Made by a program: the position numbers and the translations under genes. Below, piece by piece: positions 1 to 11,700 of a stretch of DNA of 64,000 nucleotides; the stretch's first letter is position 1; each line of letters begins with the position of its first letter. The DNA is from Ionaspis alba. Its lineage: Eukaryota. The DNA lies in the NCBI GenBank assembly GCA_964255285.1, contig CAXUUL010000006.1:1-64000 (forward strand), read 5' to 3'. Below the pieces are notes generated by a model. That model was not told where the DNA came from. It saw only the letters and a program-made list of their open reading frames with translations, and ran no database searches.

Positions 1-389
1 AAATAAACGTTTAATTATAATTACTTATTTTTTTTTTATTTTATATTTTATATCTATATTATATTATAAAATTCAAAAATATTAGCTATTTATTTTCATC
101 CGAAACCAGTAAGGTTTAGCTACCTCTTATTTGACCTTGACACAACCCCGATATTAGAAGATATTAGGTTTAATATATCTGAGTCTAATAGGATCGTAAC
201 AGTCCGATAGGATCATAACAAGGCTTAAATACTACTAAATTAATGGTTCTATATACCTTTTTTATAAGACGTTTCTTATAAGCCGAAATTTATAACAATT
301 AGATTTATTATAATAAAAAATATTAAAATTTTAAATATTAATCGCAATAATGTTTTTCCAACTAAATATTAATTAAAATAAGATTTCTC
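1..389. repeat. AT-rich, RIP-like degenerate repeat/transposon remnant (runs off the left edge)
   Basis: Very AT-rich with abundant TpA, scarce CpA/TpG and retained CpG; no ORF; abrupt switch to normal GC at about 390. Contains the imperfect direct repeat TAGGATCRTAACA twice (189-219). Confidence 0.7.
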
Positions 390-487
390 CGGGTGCCGAG
401 GATCACCCGAGGCCAAACCATAGCATTTACAATCGCTGGTACCGTATGTCAATATTTCTGAACTTTTTTGAGTAGAAATTTAATAAC

Positions 488-1360
488 ATGTCAGATCATT
501 CCAAAGCATCGGCTGAACTACAAGAGGAGGTTGATGTTATTGAGGCTATCTTCGGCGAAAATGTCTTCAGGTATTGTCAGAGCAACCACTACATCCTTCG
601 CCTATCGTCTTGTCCTATAGCCCTTATTCTAAATTTCCCCATCAGCTATCCTGATCACCCCCCAGAGATTTCGGGCATAGAGACAGTAGGAAACGAAGTA
701 TGGAAAGGGTTTGGCACTCACGTCATGAACCATGCAAAAAACATCCTGGTTGGTGTTTGGAGACCTGGGGAAGTCTGCATGTTTCCTTTCATACAGGAGC
801 TCGAGTCGTTTCTCGACGACGACTGTGGAGGAGAAATAAAAAGACCTAATCCGAAACTTCACCAAACTTTGTCGGCTGAATCCGAGGAGCCATGTTCTGC
901 GGCTTTGCTCCCTCCAATCCCCCCCAAGTGGTCGCTGTCAGCGCCAATCATAGAAAAGAAATCGCTTTTCCTGGCTCGTGCCTGCACTGTCTCTTCTCCC
1001 GCACATGCTTCGGCATGTATTGCCCATCTCCTTTCTACAGACAAAAAGTGTGCCAAAGCAAATCACAATATTACTGCTTTTCGAGTCAGAACATCGTCTA
1101 AAGAGCCTAAGCCTGGACAGGTTGTCTATCAGGATTGCAACGACGATGGGGAAACAGCCGCGGGAAGCCGTCTCCTCCACTTGTTGCAAGTCATGGATGT
1201 CTGGAATGTCCTCGTTGTGGTAACAAGGTGGTATGGGGGTGTCAAGCTGGGACCAGACCGCTTCAGGATCATCAGTAATGCGGCGAGGGACGCGTTAGTC
1301 AAAGGCGGTTGGCAGCACGCTTCGAAGGAGAAGATCAAAGCTGGTCAAAGGACTGAGTAA
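488..1360 (+). CDS. YIH1: IMPACT/Yih1 family protein (RWD + UPF0029 domain), Gcn2 pathway regulator
   Basis: N-terminal RWD-like (EEVDVIEAIFG, YPDHPP); C-terminal KKSLFLA, ANHNITAFR, DDGETAAGSRLLHLL, VVVTRWYGGVKLGPDRF. Single exon. Confidence 0.93.
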   Translation: MSDHSKASAELQEEVDVIEAIFGENVFRYCQSNHYILRLSSCPIALILNFPISYPDHPPEISGIETVGNEVWKGFGTHVMNHAKNILVGVWRPGEVCMFPFIQELESFLDDDCGGEIKRPNPKLHQTLSAESEEPCSAALLPPIPPKWSLSAPIIEKKSLFLARACTVSSPAHASACIAHLLSTDKKCAKANHNITAFRVRTSSKEPKPGQVVYQDCNDDGETAAGSRLLHLLQVMDVWNVLVVVTRWYGGVKLGPDRFRIISNAARDALVKGGWQHASKEKIKAGQRTE

Positions 1361-1990
1361 TATCTATCTAGGTGGTAGCGCTGTGGATATAGTGTTCTCA
1401 ATTTCATCACCGCTGCCAAAGCCTTGACCCGCGCCAACGGCCACGAAATAAACATGATATAGTGCATCCAAATCTATGACTGCCCAGCAAAACTCCAAAG
1501 CGGTAGCTTGATGCCAATATAGTTCCTAGGACGCTGTGTCCTGGAATAATCGAAAGCTTCATATCGAGAGGACACTGGAAAGCATAGGATCCATGGACGG
1601 ATTCTATTTGAAGTTCTTCCAAAGTTTTTCTGAAGACTTTTCGAGATCTTCAATTCTCTGGGACCGGAAATTTCATAGGAGCATCTAGACCTTCGTCTAA
1701 CTTAATAATAGCTCCTACAGTTAACCTGGGTCTAGGCTCTTCTCACTAGTCTAAACTTGCCTCAAGCAACCAGTGTCAGTGCCCACCCCAACCATCGGCG
1801 CATCTGCTTGTCATCTATGAAAGTTGGCGTTATAAGGAACAAAGCTCCCACAGCCTCTTCATGGGCTCCATAACTGGGGGCGAAATATTGTGGTGTTTGA
1901 TGGTAAAATAGTAGTCGGAAACCAACAGCTGATGTGAGCTGCATACAGGTTGTATCTTCTGGGGGTCCAAGATGTCTTCCACAACCGTGC

Positions 1991-2499
1991 TCATAATCTC
2001 TCCCCTTGTATTGTAGCCATGACTCTTCTCGTACTCTTACTATTCCTGAACTCGAGGTACCAAATACCTTGCCACGTCCCCGTTGCCAGCTTGCCGTCTT
2101 TAATTGGGATGGTCACACTTGCACCGATAAGAGCTGACTTAACATGAGCCTGCAAATAGCGCCAGGTCAGTCGAGCATGGATCTACAGGCTAGGAGCCGG
2201 AGGGCAACATTGGCACTTACGGGCATATCATCACTACCTTCAGCATCATGCCGATACAAGCCTTTTCCAGCCTTGTCCTCTGGTACTATTCTATCCAATG
2301 CATCACTCATGTCTGCTCTGACATCTTCGTCCCAATTTTCATTCAAGCTCAGAGCCGCACTCGTGTGCTGCATGAACAGATGCAGAATGCCGACGTTGTA
2401 GTCCTTGATCTCCGGGAGCGAGTTAATGATATGGGGCGTGACGAGATATGAGCCGCGAGACTTGGCTGGGAGGGTAATGGTTCTCTGAAACCACGACAT
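1991..2499 (-). CDS. YjbQ/UPF0047 family protein (possible longer start at 2688)
   Basis: MSWFQRTITL, HTSAALSLNENWDEDVRADM, YRHDAEGSDDMP; intron 2150-2220 (GTAAGT..CAG); exon 2 AHVKSALIGAS..LATGTWQGIWYLEFR..TIQGERL*. Confidence 0.92.
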
Positions 2500-3204
2500 G
2501 GTCGAACGAGGAGGAGTTTGAAGCCTTGCAGGACCGTTGTGGTGAAACAGAAATTGAGATGGATCACAAATTGTGGAGAGCGGTCGCAACGGGAGTCGAA
2601 GCAGGTGAGAGAAGAGGCTTGGGAAGAAGGCAAGGATGAATATTAAGAGAAATGTTATGGTAGACGGCAGGGAGGTGGGAGATGGCATGGGTGCTTTGCT
2701 CTAGCATTTGGGCGTTTAGTTGGGCTTGCTCTCTCCTCCAGGGCCAACGTCATCACAGATAGATTTCTTGAGAGTAGGTAGGAATAAGCGAGCGATTTAC
2801 GATAGCGACGAAGTTCAAGGTCAGCTAGGAGATATTCACGTTAAGACACTGCAGAGAAGAGTCATGGCAAGCACTTTTCTTGGTATGGCTGCGGATGCTG
2901 CATCTACACCAGATCAAAGCCTAATGATCTACGTTCTCGAAGAAAGCGAGTCTCAGAGAGACGTCTCATTTCGTCATCATCAATTCCCAGCTATGTGTCT
3001 ATCCGAACCTTCCAACGTGCTCCTTGTCTCTTGCAGGAGCATCACCTGATTCCACTGAGCTTCATCATTGCTGACTGAGTATTATCCCAACGACATTTCT
3101 GTGACCCACGAGTACCTTTGTGATACAGCATCTACATCTCCGAGGCAGACTCCACATTAGCCGTTGAGACGCAATATTGAGTATGGTCCAGCTTACTTAC
3201 TCAG

Positions 3205-4139
3205 CTAGGTGGCAGTTCGAGTCCAGTATGGATTCCCTGAAGAAGTGTATTGCCAATTTCCAGGCTGAAGGTTTTCCATCACGTCTGTCATGGTCCGTAA
3301 GGTGTAGGAACCATCAAGTTCTCGGCACCAGTATTGGTAATCCGATGGCTTAACGGGGATCATCTGAGTCGCTTCCGCTTGGGTAGCGGAGACGGCTCGA
3401 TTCTGCAGATCGACTTCTTCCCTGGTAGAGCCGTACCAGTACAGGTGATCCGAAGGCTTTGGGCTCTTCGTTTTTGGATCTGGAGCAGGAGCTGGAGCCG
3501 AAGCTGGAGAAGGGACGGCTGTTGCATAGTAAGGATATGGGTATCCGTAGGAGGCATAATTGATCGGTGCGACCTGTACTCCCGGGTTCTAGTGAAGCAT
3601 GTTAGTAACGACGAGCTGACCGCATGAGTGCTGGGAGGAAAGACTGCGTGGGGAATGTATTGAGCAGGAACATTGGGTGTGTGTATGACGGCAGGACCAT
3701 AGTAGGGCACGTATGCAAGGAAATCGGTTGACGTGGCGTTCATTAGTCGCCCAGCGTTTGGCGCATGATAGTTGTAGTATGTCGAAGACGCAGGTTTAGG
3801 CTCTGGCTTCGGAGATGGCTTCGGAGGGACATAAGTGTAGTATGGAGCCATGGCAGTTTCGGTGATAGGATCGAAACAGAGATAAACTCCCTTGAGGTCG
3901 GGCGCAGAATTGAAATAGATGGTAGAGTTGATTGTGATAACGACGTGATGGAAGAGTGGAAGTAGCGATGGTGAGAGAAGAAAGAGATGTGGAAGACTTA
4001 CGGAGTAGAAAATGGCCGGGGCTCGATTATTGACCATATGGTAGATCCTCTTTTCCTCGTTCTTCTCTTTATCCTTCTTGGGCGGAGGGTCTTTGAGATG
4101 GACGTCAGTGTAAGGATAGCAGCACCACGGAAGACACAT
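3205..4139 (-). CDS. Uncharacterised Pro/Tyr-rich protein with an aromatic-rich C-terminal domain; two candidate first exons (ATG 4139 or ATG 3851)
   Basis: Terminal exon (about 3573/3588 to 3205) reads VAPINYASYGYPY..LYWYGSTREEVDLQN..YWCRELDGSYTLRT..PGNWQYTSSGNPYWTRTAT*. Branch CTAAC at 3601-3605; phase-0 donors at 4001 (GTAAGT) and 3620 (GTCAGC). Confidence 0.65.
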
Positions 4140-5763
4140 CTTGTCAGGTTTGTCGTAGTGAGTAAGAGACACCAAAGCTTAAAAGTAAAGGAAGGTGCTG
4201 ATGCTTTTGTGATAGAGAGAGAACATCTCATGAGAAGTTACGGTCAGAGAAGATGGGCATAAGGCTAAATAAAGTCTTGAGATGCTCTCGGGACCCTAAA
4301 GCAGTTGATCGAGCGAAATCACTACTGATAGACTCTTGTAGATCTGTAAGATAATTCTTCACCTGCAGCGCTTTTTAGTTTTCGGTTGCGACTTGGGACA
4401 ATCCAGAATGAAGCGCAGTCTATCAAAATTGATAAAATAAATAACCAGCGTTCCGGAGCCACTTCAACGACAATTTCATCAGGTCGCCCAATATCGTGCA
4501 CTGTGAAGAGAAACTGTATCACCAACATAAGACCAACGTGGCTACGGGTATCTAAGCGGCTACTCGTACGAAGTCCTCAAGCAGATGGAGGTATTCGGTC
4601 TTGGATCAATGTCCATGGTTTGGTGCAGATGATTGGTCCGACATATGGCTCGAACACTCGGAGCCTTTGTATTGCACTGCCATGCAGTAAGCTTTTTATC
4701 GTCTGGCTGATTGCTGTGCTTCTTAGACCTCGGGAGAAGAGTTGTATTTGTATTGAGATTGTATGAGAAGTGCACGACAACCAGCCTTGCCGTTATTCCT
4801 GCACTTGTCCTTATTCTATGCTAGTGCCAGAGGGGTAGATCACGTGTCTTCTCGTAATTCTAGCTATCTTCGTGTGGTTTTATGGCCTCGATCTCCACGA
4901 AGATTCGGTAATGTATCCTAGGATGAAACATGGGTGGGAAGTGCCTGACAAGTCCAACAGTCTTGGAGCCATGGAGCGTGCGATACAGGTAGTCTGTAAG
5001 GACTATAAGAGCTCATCCTATTATACGTATCTGGCATAGCACACTTAGTCTACGATAGGACTAGGAATTCGCTTTCGTGCAATTAGCCAACCACTGATTC
5101 TTTACTCTCAACCACGGTATTTGTGGACGGCTTGCCGCTTCAGTCGGGCACGAATATTGAAACCATTCTTGCTGTAGCGGGAATCCAAACTCTTGTAGAA
5201 CGAAGTATCGGCTGTCAGTAGTCCATGATAAATTCGTAGCGGTTGTACCTACAGTAAGACCGCGGTATCGGGAATCGGAGAACCTATGGCAGTGATGGAC
5301 GAGGAAACAAAAACGGTCCAATTGTAAGCAATCCTTGGAGTGAAGGCATATGCTGAATGAAGAGACACATTCGCAGCTACTATGAAACTTGTAGTGGCAC
5401 TCATTCAATTGCACAAAAGCTTACTTTGAGCCTGTCTTCTCAACCGCGGTTACGAATTTGTTCCTCTGATAGTCTCTGGAAATTGGCACTGGGAGTCTGC
5501 CTATCAAATCAACATCGATCATGATGGCCATCATTTTAATTCCTTTGAACTAAGAGCTTCTGGCGGTAGAAGTCGACGGAAATCTTAGATAATACACTCC
5601 AATCATAATTGCGTGTAAAACCTCTGCTAATGTACATGATTTGACTCCCTAACGCCACGCTAAAGCAGGTCTGGCAGCCATTATCAGAGTAGGTATCTCA
5701 ACGTTCGTAAACCATCACAGCATTTAGGACAGAACTGAACCGGACCGACTCAGCCGTCCCATT

Positions 5764-8700
5764 TCACAGATATGGCATCCACAACGGATCACTCTGCGCC
5801 AAATTCATCGGGTTCACTGCCCTAGCAATGTAATCGATGATCGTCTGATTGGCTGGCAAGTTGTTTGCAGCCGGCGGTTCTGCAAGACTTGTTGCCCTCC
5901 GGACAATAAGATCACTGTTGTGTTGTACGGTCTCTCTTAGCTGCCCTTCCTGGACGCTTCGATGTTGTTGCGTGAACCAGAAGATCATCTCATCTCGAAC
6001 AAACACACTCAACTGTTGTTCCAGTTCAAATTCGGGCTCGGTGAGACACCTTGCGATGGCCATTATGGCACAGGAGAAGATTCCTTCTGTTGCAATTGGG
6101 CCCATAAGGGTCTGCAAGTTCGGAGTAAGACGGAAGGAGACAGGCTCTGGGTTACTGAAGATAGGCTTGTTCGAGTTGATGGCCGGAATGAGCTCGGATC
6201 CCCAGATGTTCCCCGTGCTACGAGCAATCGAAAGCTTGTGGGGATAACGGTTATTCATATGCATGATGTAGGTCATGAAAGTCAGGGCTCCCAGTTGGTA
6301 TGAGAACTGGCGACGGAAGAGCCAAAAATCGGCATATGACGGGTATATTCGTTGGAAGTATTCGAGAGCGATAGTGCTGGGTACCCATTTCTCCTGAATC
6401 GCCGTAAAGGCCTCCATGCGCAAGTTTTGGACTTGGTCTGGGTACTTCTGGTCCGACTTGTCAGTAAGACAGATTTTGACAATACTTCAAAGACCTCTTA
6501 CATTGTTTCTTATCTCACCCATCGCCCTCAATTTCTCCATCATGAAAAGAACCGGATCATCCTTGTTTAGTCCGTTCCGTCGGCAATGATCTTCGTATAT
6601 CCCTTGCAAAGACACGAACTGAGCATCTTCCTGGACCAATCTAATAGAAGGTGCCAATGGGACCATCAATGGCAGATAGAAAAAGAGATTGCGCCGTCTG
6701 CTCTCTTTTCTCTTCGCTAGAACTCCGTTGAATATGCGGAAGAGTTGCAGTGTTCTCTCTTCCCTGCGGCAATGCCTTGCGGCTGGATGTTGAATTGCAA
6801 AAGGGTGCACACTCCCATCATGACCACGAATCTTCAACCGCCGATGAGAGAATCCGATACTGCGCACAAGGTCAACATTTGGCAAAAACCTTTCAATCCT
6901 GACAAAGTCTTGATTCTTGTCACGGTGCTGCAAGTACTGTCCGGGAACCTCTACTTCATCGAACTTCTGGAAGCGAAATTCGCTCAGGTGCTGGCTGTAA
7001 GTCTCCAGGTTGTGGCTTTGCTGCCTTCTATCCAGCTTCTCTTCAAATTTGTCTCTCCACTTTCGCAGTTTGTGGATGTATTCGTACATAGTGGGCTTCT
7101 TGGCAACAAAATCTTCTTCGAAGGAGCTTCGGATGTGCGGAGGCAGAATCGTTTCCGCAAATTTGCGTATGTTCGCTTCCGTGGCTGGCGGTAGCTTGAA
7201 GTCGGGAGCATAAGCTCCCGGCAGACGGCCAATGTACTGTTTCACGTTCAGTACAAACTCTATACAATAAAAGCGGGTTTCAGTGGGAACTCACAGATAG
7301 TCCATCGTTCAGCAAGGCTACAATCAAACGATATGCATCTTCGTCGGGAGGACATTTGAAGTGCTTCTGTATTTGATCAACCATTGTTTCCATGGAGAGA
7401 GCCAGTAACGGGAAAGCAGTTTTGAGCACTGCCAGGATTTCTTCCGAATAATCCCATGGCTTCTTAGGTGTGGCGGGCTGTTTATCCGGTTCAGTCTCGG
7501 CCACCGTTGCTGTATGCCCATCCTCACGTTTAGGTGAATTACCGCTCCCGCTAGCATTAGTGTTCTGCGTTGCAGCATCGCCATTTGATGTCGTAGGTCT
7601 TGATGAACCCTCAGGCCTGCCACTAATTGACGTCGAATTGTCCGGTGGCTCTGGCTTCACAATACCCGCATCTTGTCTCTGTCGGTTCAACCTTTCTTGC
7701 TTCTGATCATTCTGCTTCTTGATGGCCAGCATGTCTTCCCTGTTAGTCCTCAAGAGAAAATATAGGGCTTGTGGGTAGATCTTTGCGATTTTAACCAGAA
7801 CAGCACGGGAAAGACGTGCTTCACGATGCGACAAGCTAGTAAGTAATTGCGGGATGAACGTGATCCAGTACCAAGTAGGTGTCTCTCCTTTGAAGTCCTC
7901 GAAAGCTTGAGATATCTTATTCTCAGAAGTATCAACGCTTAGGAGCCATAATATGCGGCTCAGAAGCTTTCTTGACTTCGCGTTCTTGAATAGGCTCGCC
8001 GCCTCGAGGTAGCAGCTCACGGCAGCGGCAGCTCGATCGATGTTGTCTGGCTCTGCTTTGAACATGCTATCATTGTAGCGTCCCCATTCTGCCCAAGCTT
8101 TAGGGAGATGGATATCATAGTAAAGTGCAGTTCCAAAGGCATCATTTGCTTCTTCCTTGTGGTTCAGCTTTGCAAGAAACATACCCTTCAGAGTAAAGAA
8201 CTCCGCTCTTTGTTGTTGACCGAAATAATTGAGATTTGTGTTATTGATGACGTCCAAACCACTGTTAAGCTCACTGCTATTCTGGTAGTGGCATTTGGCT
8301 TGTTCCCTCAACTTCAAGAATGCTTCTTGTATTTCGATGTTGGGCAGCGTATAGATTTTGCTGAGTTGAGCAATACATACCTCAGGAAGCTGGTGCTTGC
8401 GAGCCACATGAGCGAAGCGATTGATAATCCAGGCAGTTTCATGATATCCTCGGTAGGCGAAGGAATTTCCGGTTGCGTTTCCGGTCTGAGGTGGGAGAAG
8501 ACCCAGGTAAGTACGATTGATGAGCTGGAAAATGTGTTGTCGCCATGTCACTAGATCCTGCCACGCATTGATATCATCCCAGACGTTCGGCAGCCTATCA
8601 CGCCATGCACCAAGAAGTAGCTTGAGCTCTGAAGACTTCTGGTCCAAGTTATTCTGATTAGTAGATGCCAGGCTTTGACAAATTAGTTGAGCGTCATGCA

Positions 8701-11700
8701 GTTCCACAAGCTGCTGGAAACCCTGCAAGATGGGAATGTGGGCATTTGTGATCCGCTTTGGGAGCTGATACCATTTACGGATTGAAAGCTGGATAGATTC
8801 ATCACAGACTCGATGAAACTCTTGTTGAGTTTCAGTCTTGTCATGGAACTTTAGCAATGCCATGAAAGCTTGGAAAAAGGTTCTTCGCGGCGTCGGAGCA
8901 TCGGAGACAGCCTTGATAATTTGGCCAATGGCGTCCAGATTTTCCTGTCCAGCCCAAAGCTCATAATTTCTATACGAGGATTCCAGGAGCAAATCATTGA
9001 AGTTCTCATGCTTGGCGAAGTCGCTGAGAATGTCCCATTGTTGCAATTTTTGTGCACAGATGACCCAGTGATCTTCCCAGAGCATGTACTCACCTTGCGA
9101 GTATGGCACTACTCCAGTCCTTGCTTTGACTTGCGCAGCTTCATACAGTTGCTGCGCTTTATCCCACATACCGTTCTGCTCATATGAGAGTGCTGCATTT
9201 GTCTCCACAAACTTGCACCGGCGCCTCCATGTGCCGTAGAACAAATCGTCTTCCTGGAGTCCTGCATAGACATCGACAAGAGCATCAAGGTTACTCTCGC
9301 GCACGGACGGGGTATCGATGATCGGCGTAATGGCGGATTTTTCAAGGGCCACGGCTGCTGTGTACCACGCGTCGTAAGTTTTACTCATAAATTTCATAAG
9401 ATGTGCGGGTAACTTCAAGCGTGGCTGTACACGGACTGCGCCGTCCAGCAGTGTCTGGATAACGTTCGGTCTCCTGTCGATTTGACGTTGATGATACTCT
9501 CTTGTAAGCAGAGTGACCAAGCCTTTCTCAAGCTCCATGCGTTCCTCCCTGGACAGGGCGGCCCAGCATATCGAAAACAATGGTGTCCATATCTGCTTTG
9601 CAACTTCAGGATCAGTGTGTTGCAATTGACATAGAGGTTCGAAGATATCTCGAGTCTTGACTTCCCCTAATGAAGCATGAAAGCGCTTGTAATTGGTCAC
9701 GAAGTCTTCGTATTTGTCGTCGAGCATAAGACTTTCTTTTCGGACGTCTATGGCGGGACTATAGAGATGACCTGGTTGCATCATTCTGAAATCTTCTGGG
9801 TGCAGTTGCAATGGTGCTGCCATATCTATAGAACCAAATAAGAGTTGAATGGCTTGACTCAGCCAGAAAGTATCAGCCAAAGTGTCCCAATTTTGGTTAG
9901 TCAGGACGTATAGAAGTCTCGATGTGGCACTCCTCGACAGGCTTCGATCGAAGATCGCCATGAATCGATTCCTCACATCAACGTCCTGAGCTCGTGTTCC
10001 CACAAGAAAGGCATATTCTAAGCGAACCGTCAATTCTGTCCTCGTTATTTTCGGATCTTCGTATATCCGAATCACCAGATCCAAGAACTTGTGGAGTAAT
10101 GATAGATCCTGTCTAGACTCGAAAAGAAGCATCTTGTGCAGAACTGCCGTCTTCTCCTTCAGTGTCGGCCATGGCTCATTCGATTCAAACACCCAAGTCT
10201 CAACCATCTTCAGAATCTTCTCGCATAGCTTAACATTCTGTGAACGTTCCACCAATGAGGCCAGTACGCTGAGAAATGGTCTTCGTTGCTCTCCGAGAAT
10301 ACCCATACGGCAAGAAACGATATCGATTGTCTTAAGAATCAATTGCGTTTGAAGTTCCATCTCTCTCAAATCTGGTAGGATAGGCGGAGCCTCTCCCGGA
10401 CGCAATCCCTGCTGTGCAGCCGAGTGCCCCAGGGCTGCATTGTGAGCAAGATGGTCCTTTGCGAGTTTCTGCTGCAAGGTTCGCATAAGATGAGGGATAT
10501 GCTGATCGATGATAGCAGGTCTGACCTGGGCCAATGTCCACAAGATGTTGATACTGGCAATGTAATTTCCTGTTGACATTGTCTCCGTTGCAATGGAAGC
10601 TAAAGAGGTTATGAATTCAGAAGCTGGGGTCTCAATTTCAATATCATCTTCATCTCCACCGTCGACGGGAATGGCATCTAGCACCCGTCGAAGCAAAGGC
10701 CGGATGCGACGATGACTGTCCAATTCCTCGTCGCTACTATGTATACAATCCTGGACTTCCGGATTTTCTGACCTAAGCGATTTTTCGAGCAATTTTTGGA
10801 TCAAAGGAATCTGCCCAGTTACCCAGTCATCGGATTTGGTGTTCAGGATCACCCGTATGATCTGGAGAGTGTTGATGGTGCTTGTAGCTGTTTTCTCGTC
10901 CGTCTTATCGGTTTTTTCGGAAGCGAGTATTGGCTCGGTCATTCTAGGAAACAAATCAATCTCTAAGTCTGTCCAATACCCTTGGGACAACAGATCGTTA
11001 AGAAGAGCCAACGCTTTTCTGCAGATTTCATTTGGCGGCGACGTTACTTGTTGTGCGTTCTGTTGAGTATCTCTAATTTGTAAGGCCGACTGCTGCATGT
11101 CCTTCAATTTAAGTGCAGGAACAGGATATCGTTCGATAAGTGTGCTGATAAGCTGAGCAAGATACTTGATCAGACTAGCTCGTAGATGGGCAGGGATGAT
11201 GTATTCGACACGCTCTGTTGGCGTGACCTTTGTGGCCGCAATTGGCGAAGTGGTGGGTTGAGAACCATCCAGACGCCGTTTTCTTGTCTGTGGAGATTCT
11301 GAAAGTCTGGAAGCTGAACCTGTCACTCTTCGCTCCTCCAGTTTCCAAATCAGCTCGATGACACTTAGGACCAGCTTCTTGTTGTCGTTCGAAGGGTTCG
11401 GTGGCTGAGCAATTTTGGACAAAGAGGGTATGATGAGAGGTATGAATTGCTCGCGGGACTCATAAAATAGGTCGGGGTGTCGAATCATAAAGTGGAGGAT
11501 ACTGATGAGCTGCTGAAGATTTGAGCTTTCTTCAGACAAAATGCGCTTCGGCCACTTCGCCCACATTGGGAACTTGGAATCTCCTGGACCAGTGAGCCGC
11601 TTTGGAAGAACTGGTGCAATCAGGTCGAGAGCCTGGATCACCAATGCTCGTCCCTCGTTCTGATGGGCTCGCAGCAGTGCGACATATATGTGATTGACGA

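Noticed and set aside
4260..5700. Short ORFs here and in 25500-26850, 30100-31300 and 35900-36900
   Set aside because: No family motifs or convincing splice models; no snoRNA or snRNA signature I could support.
5764..6900. TRA1 kinase domain lacking catalytic motifs, suggesting a pseudogene
   Set aside because: Tra1/TRRAP is an established pseudokinase; the frame is intact.
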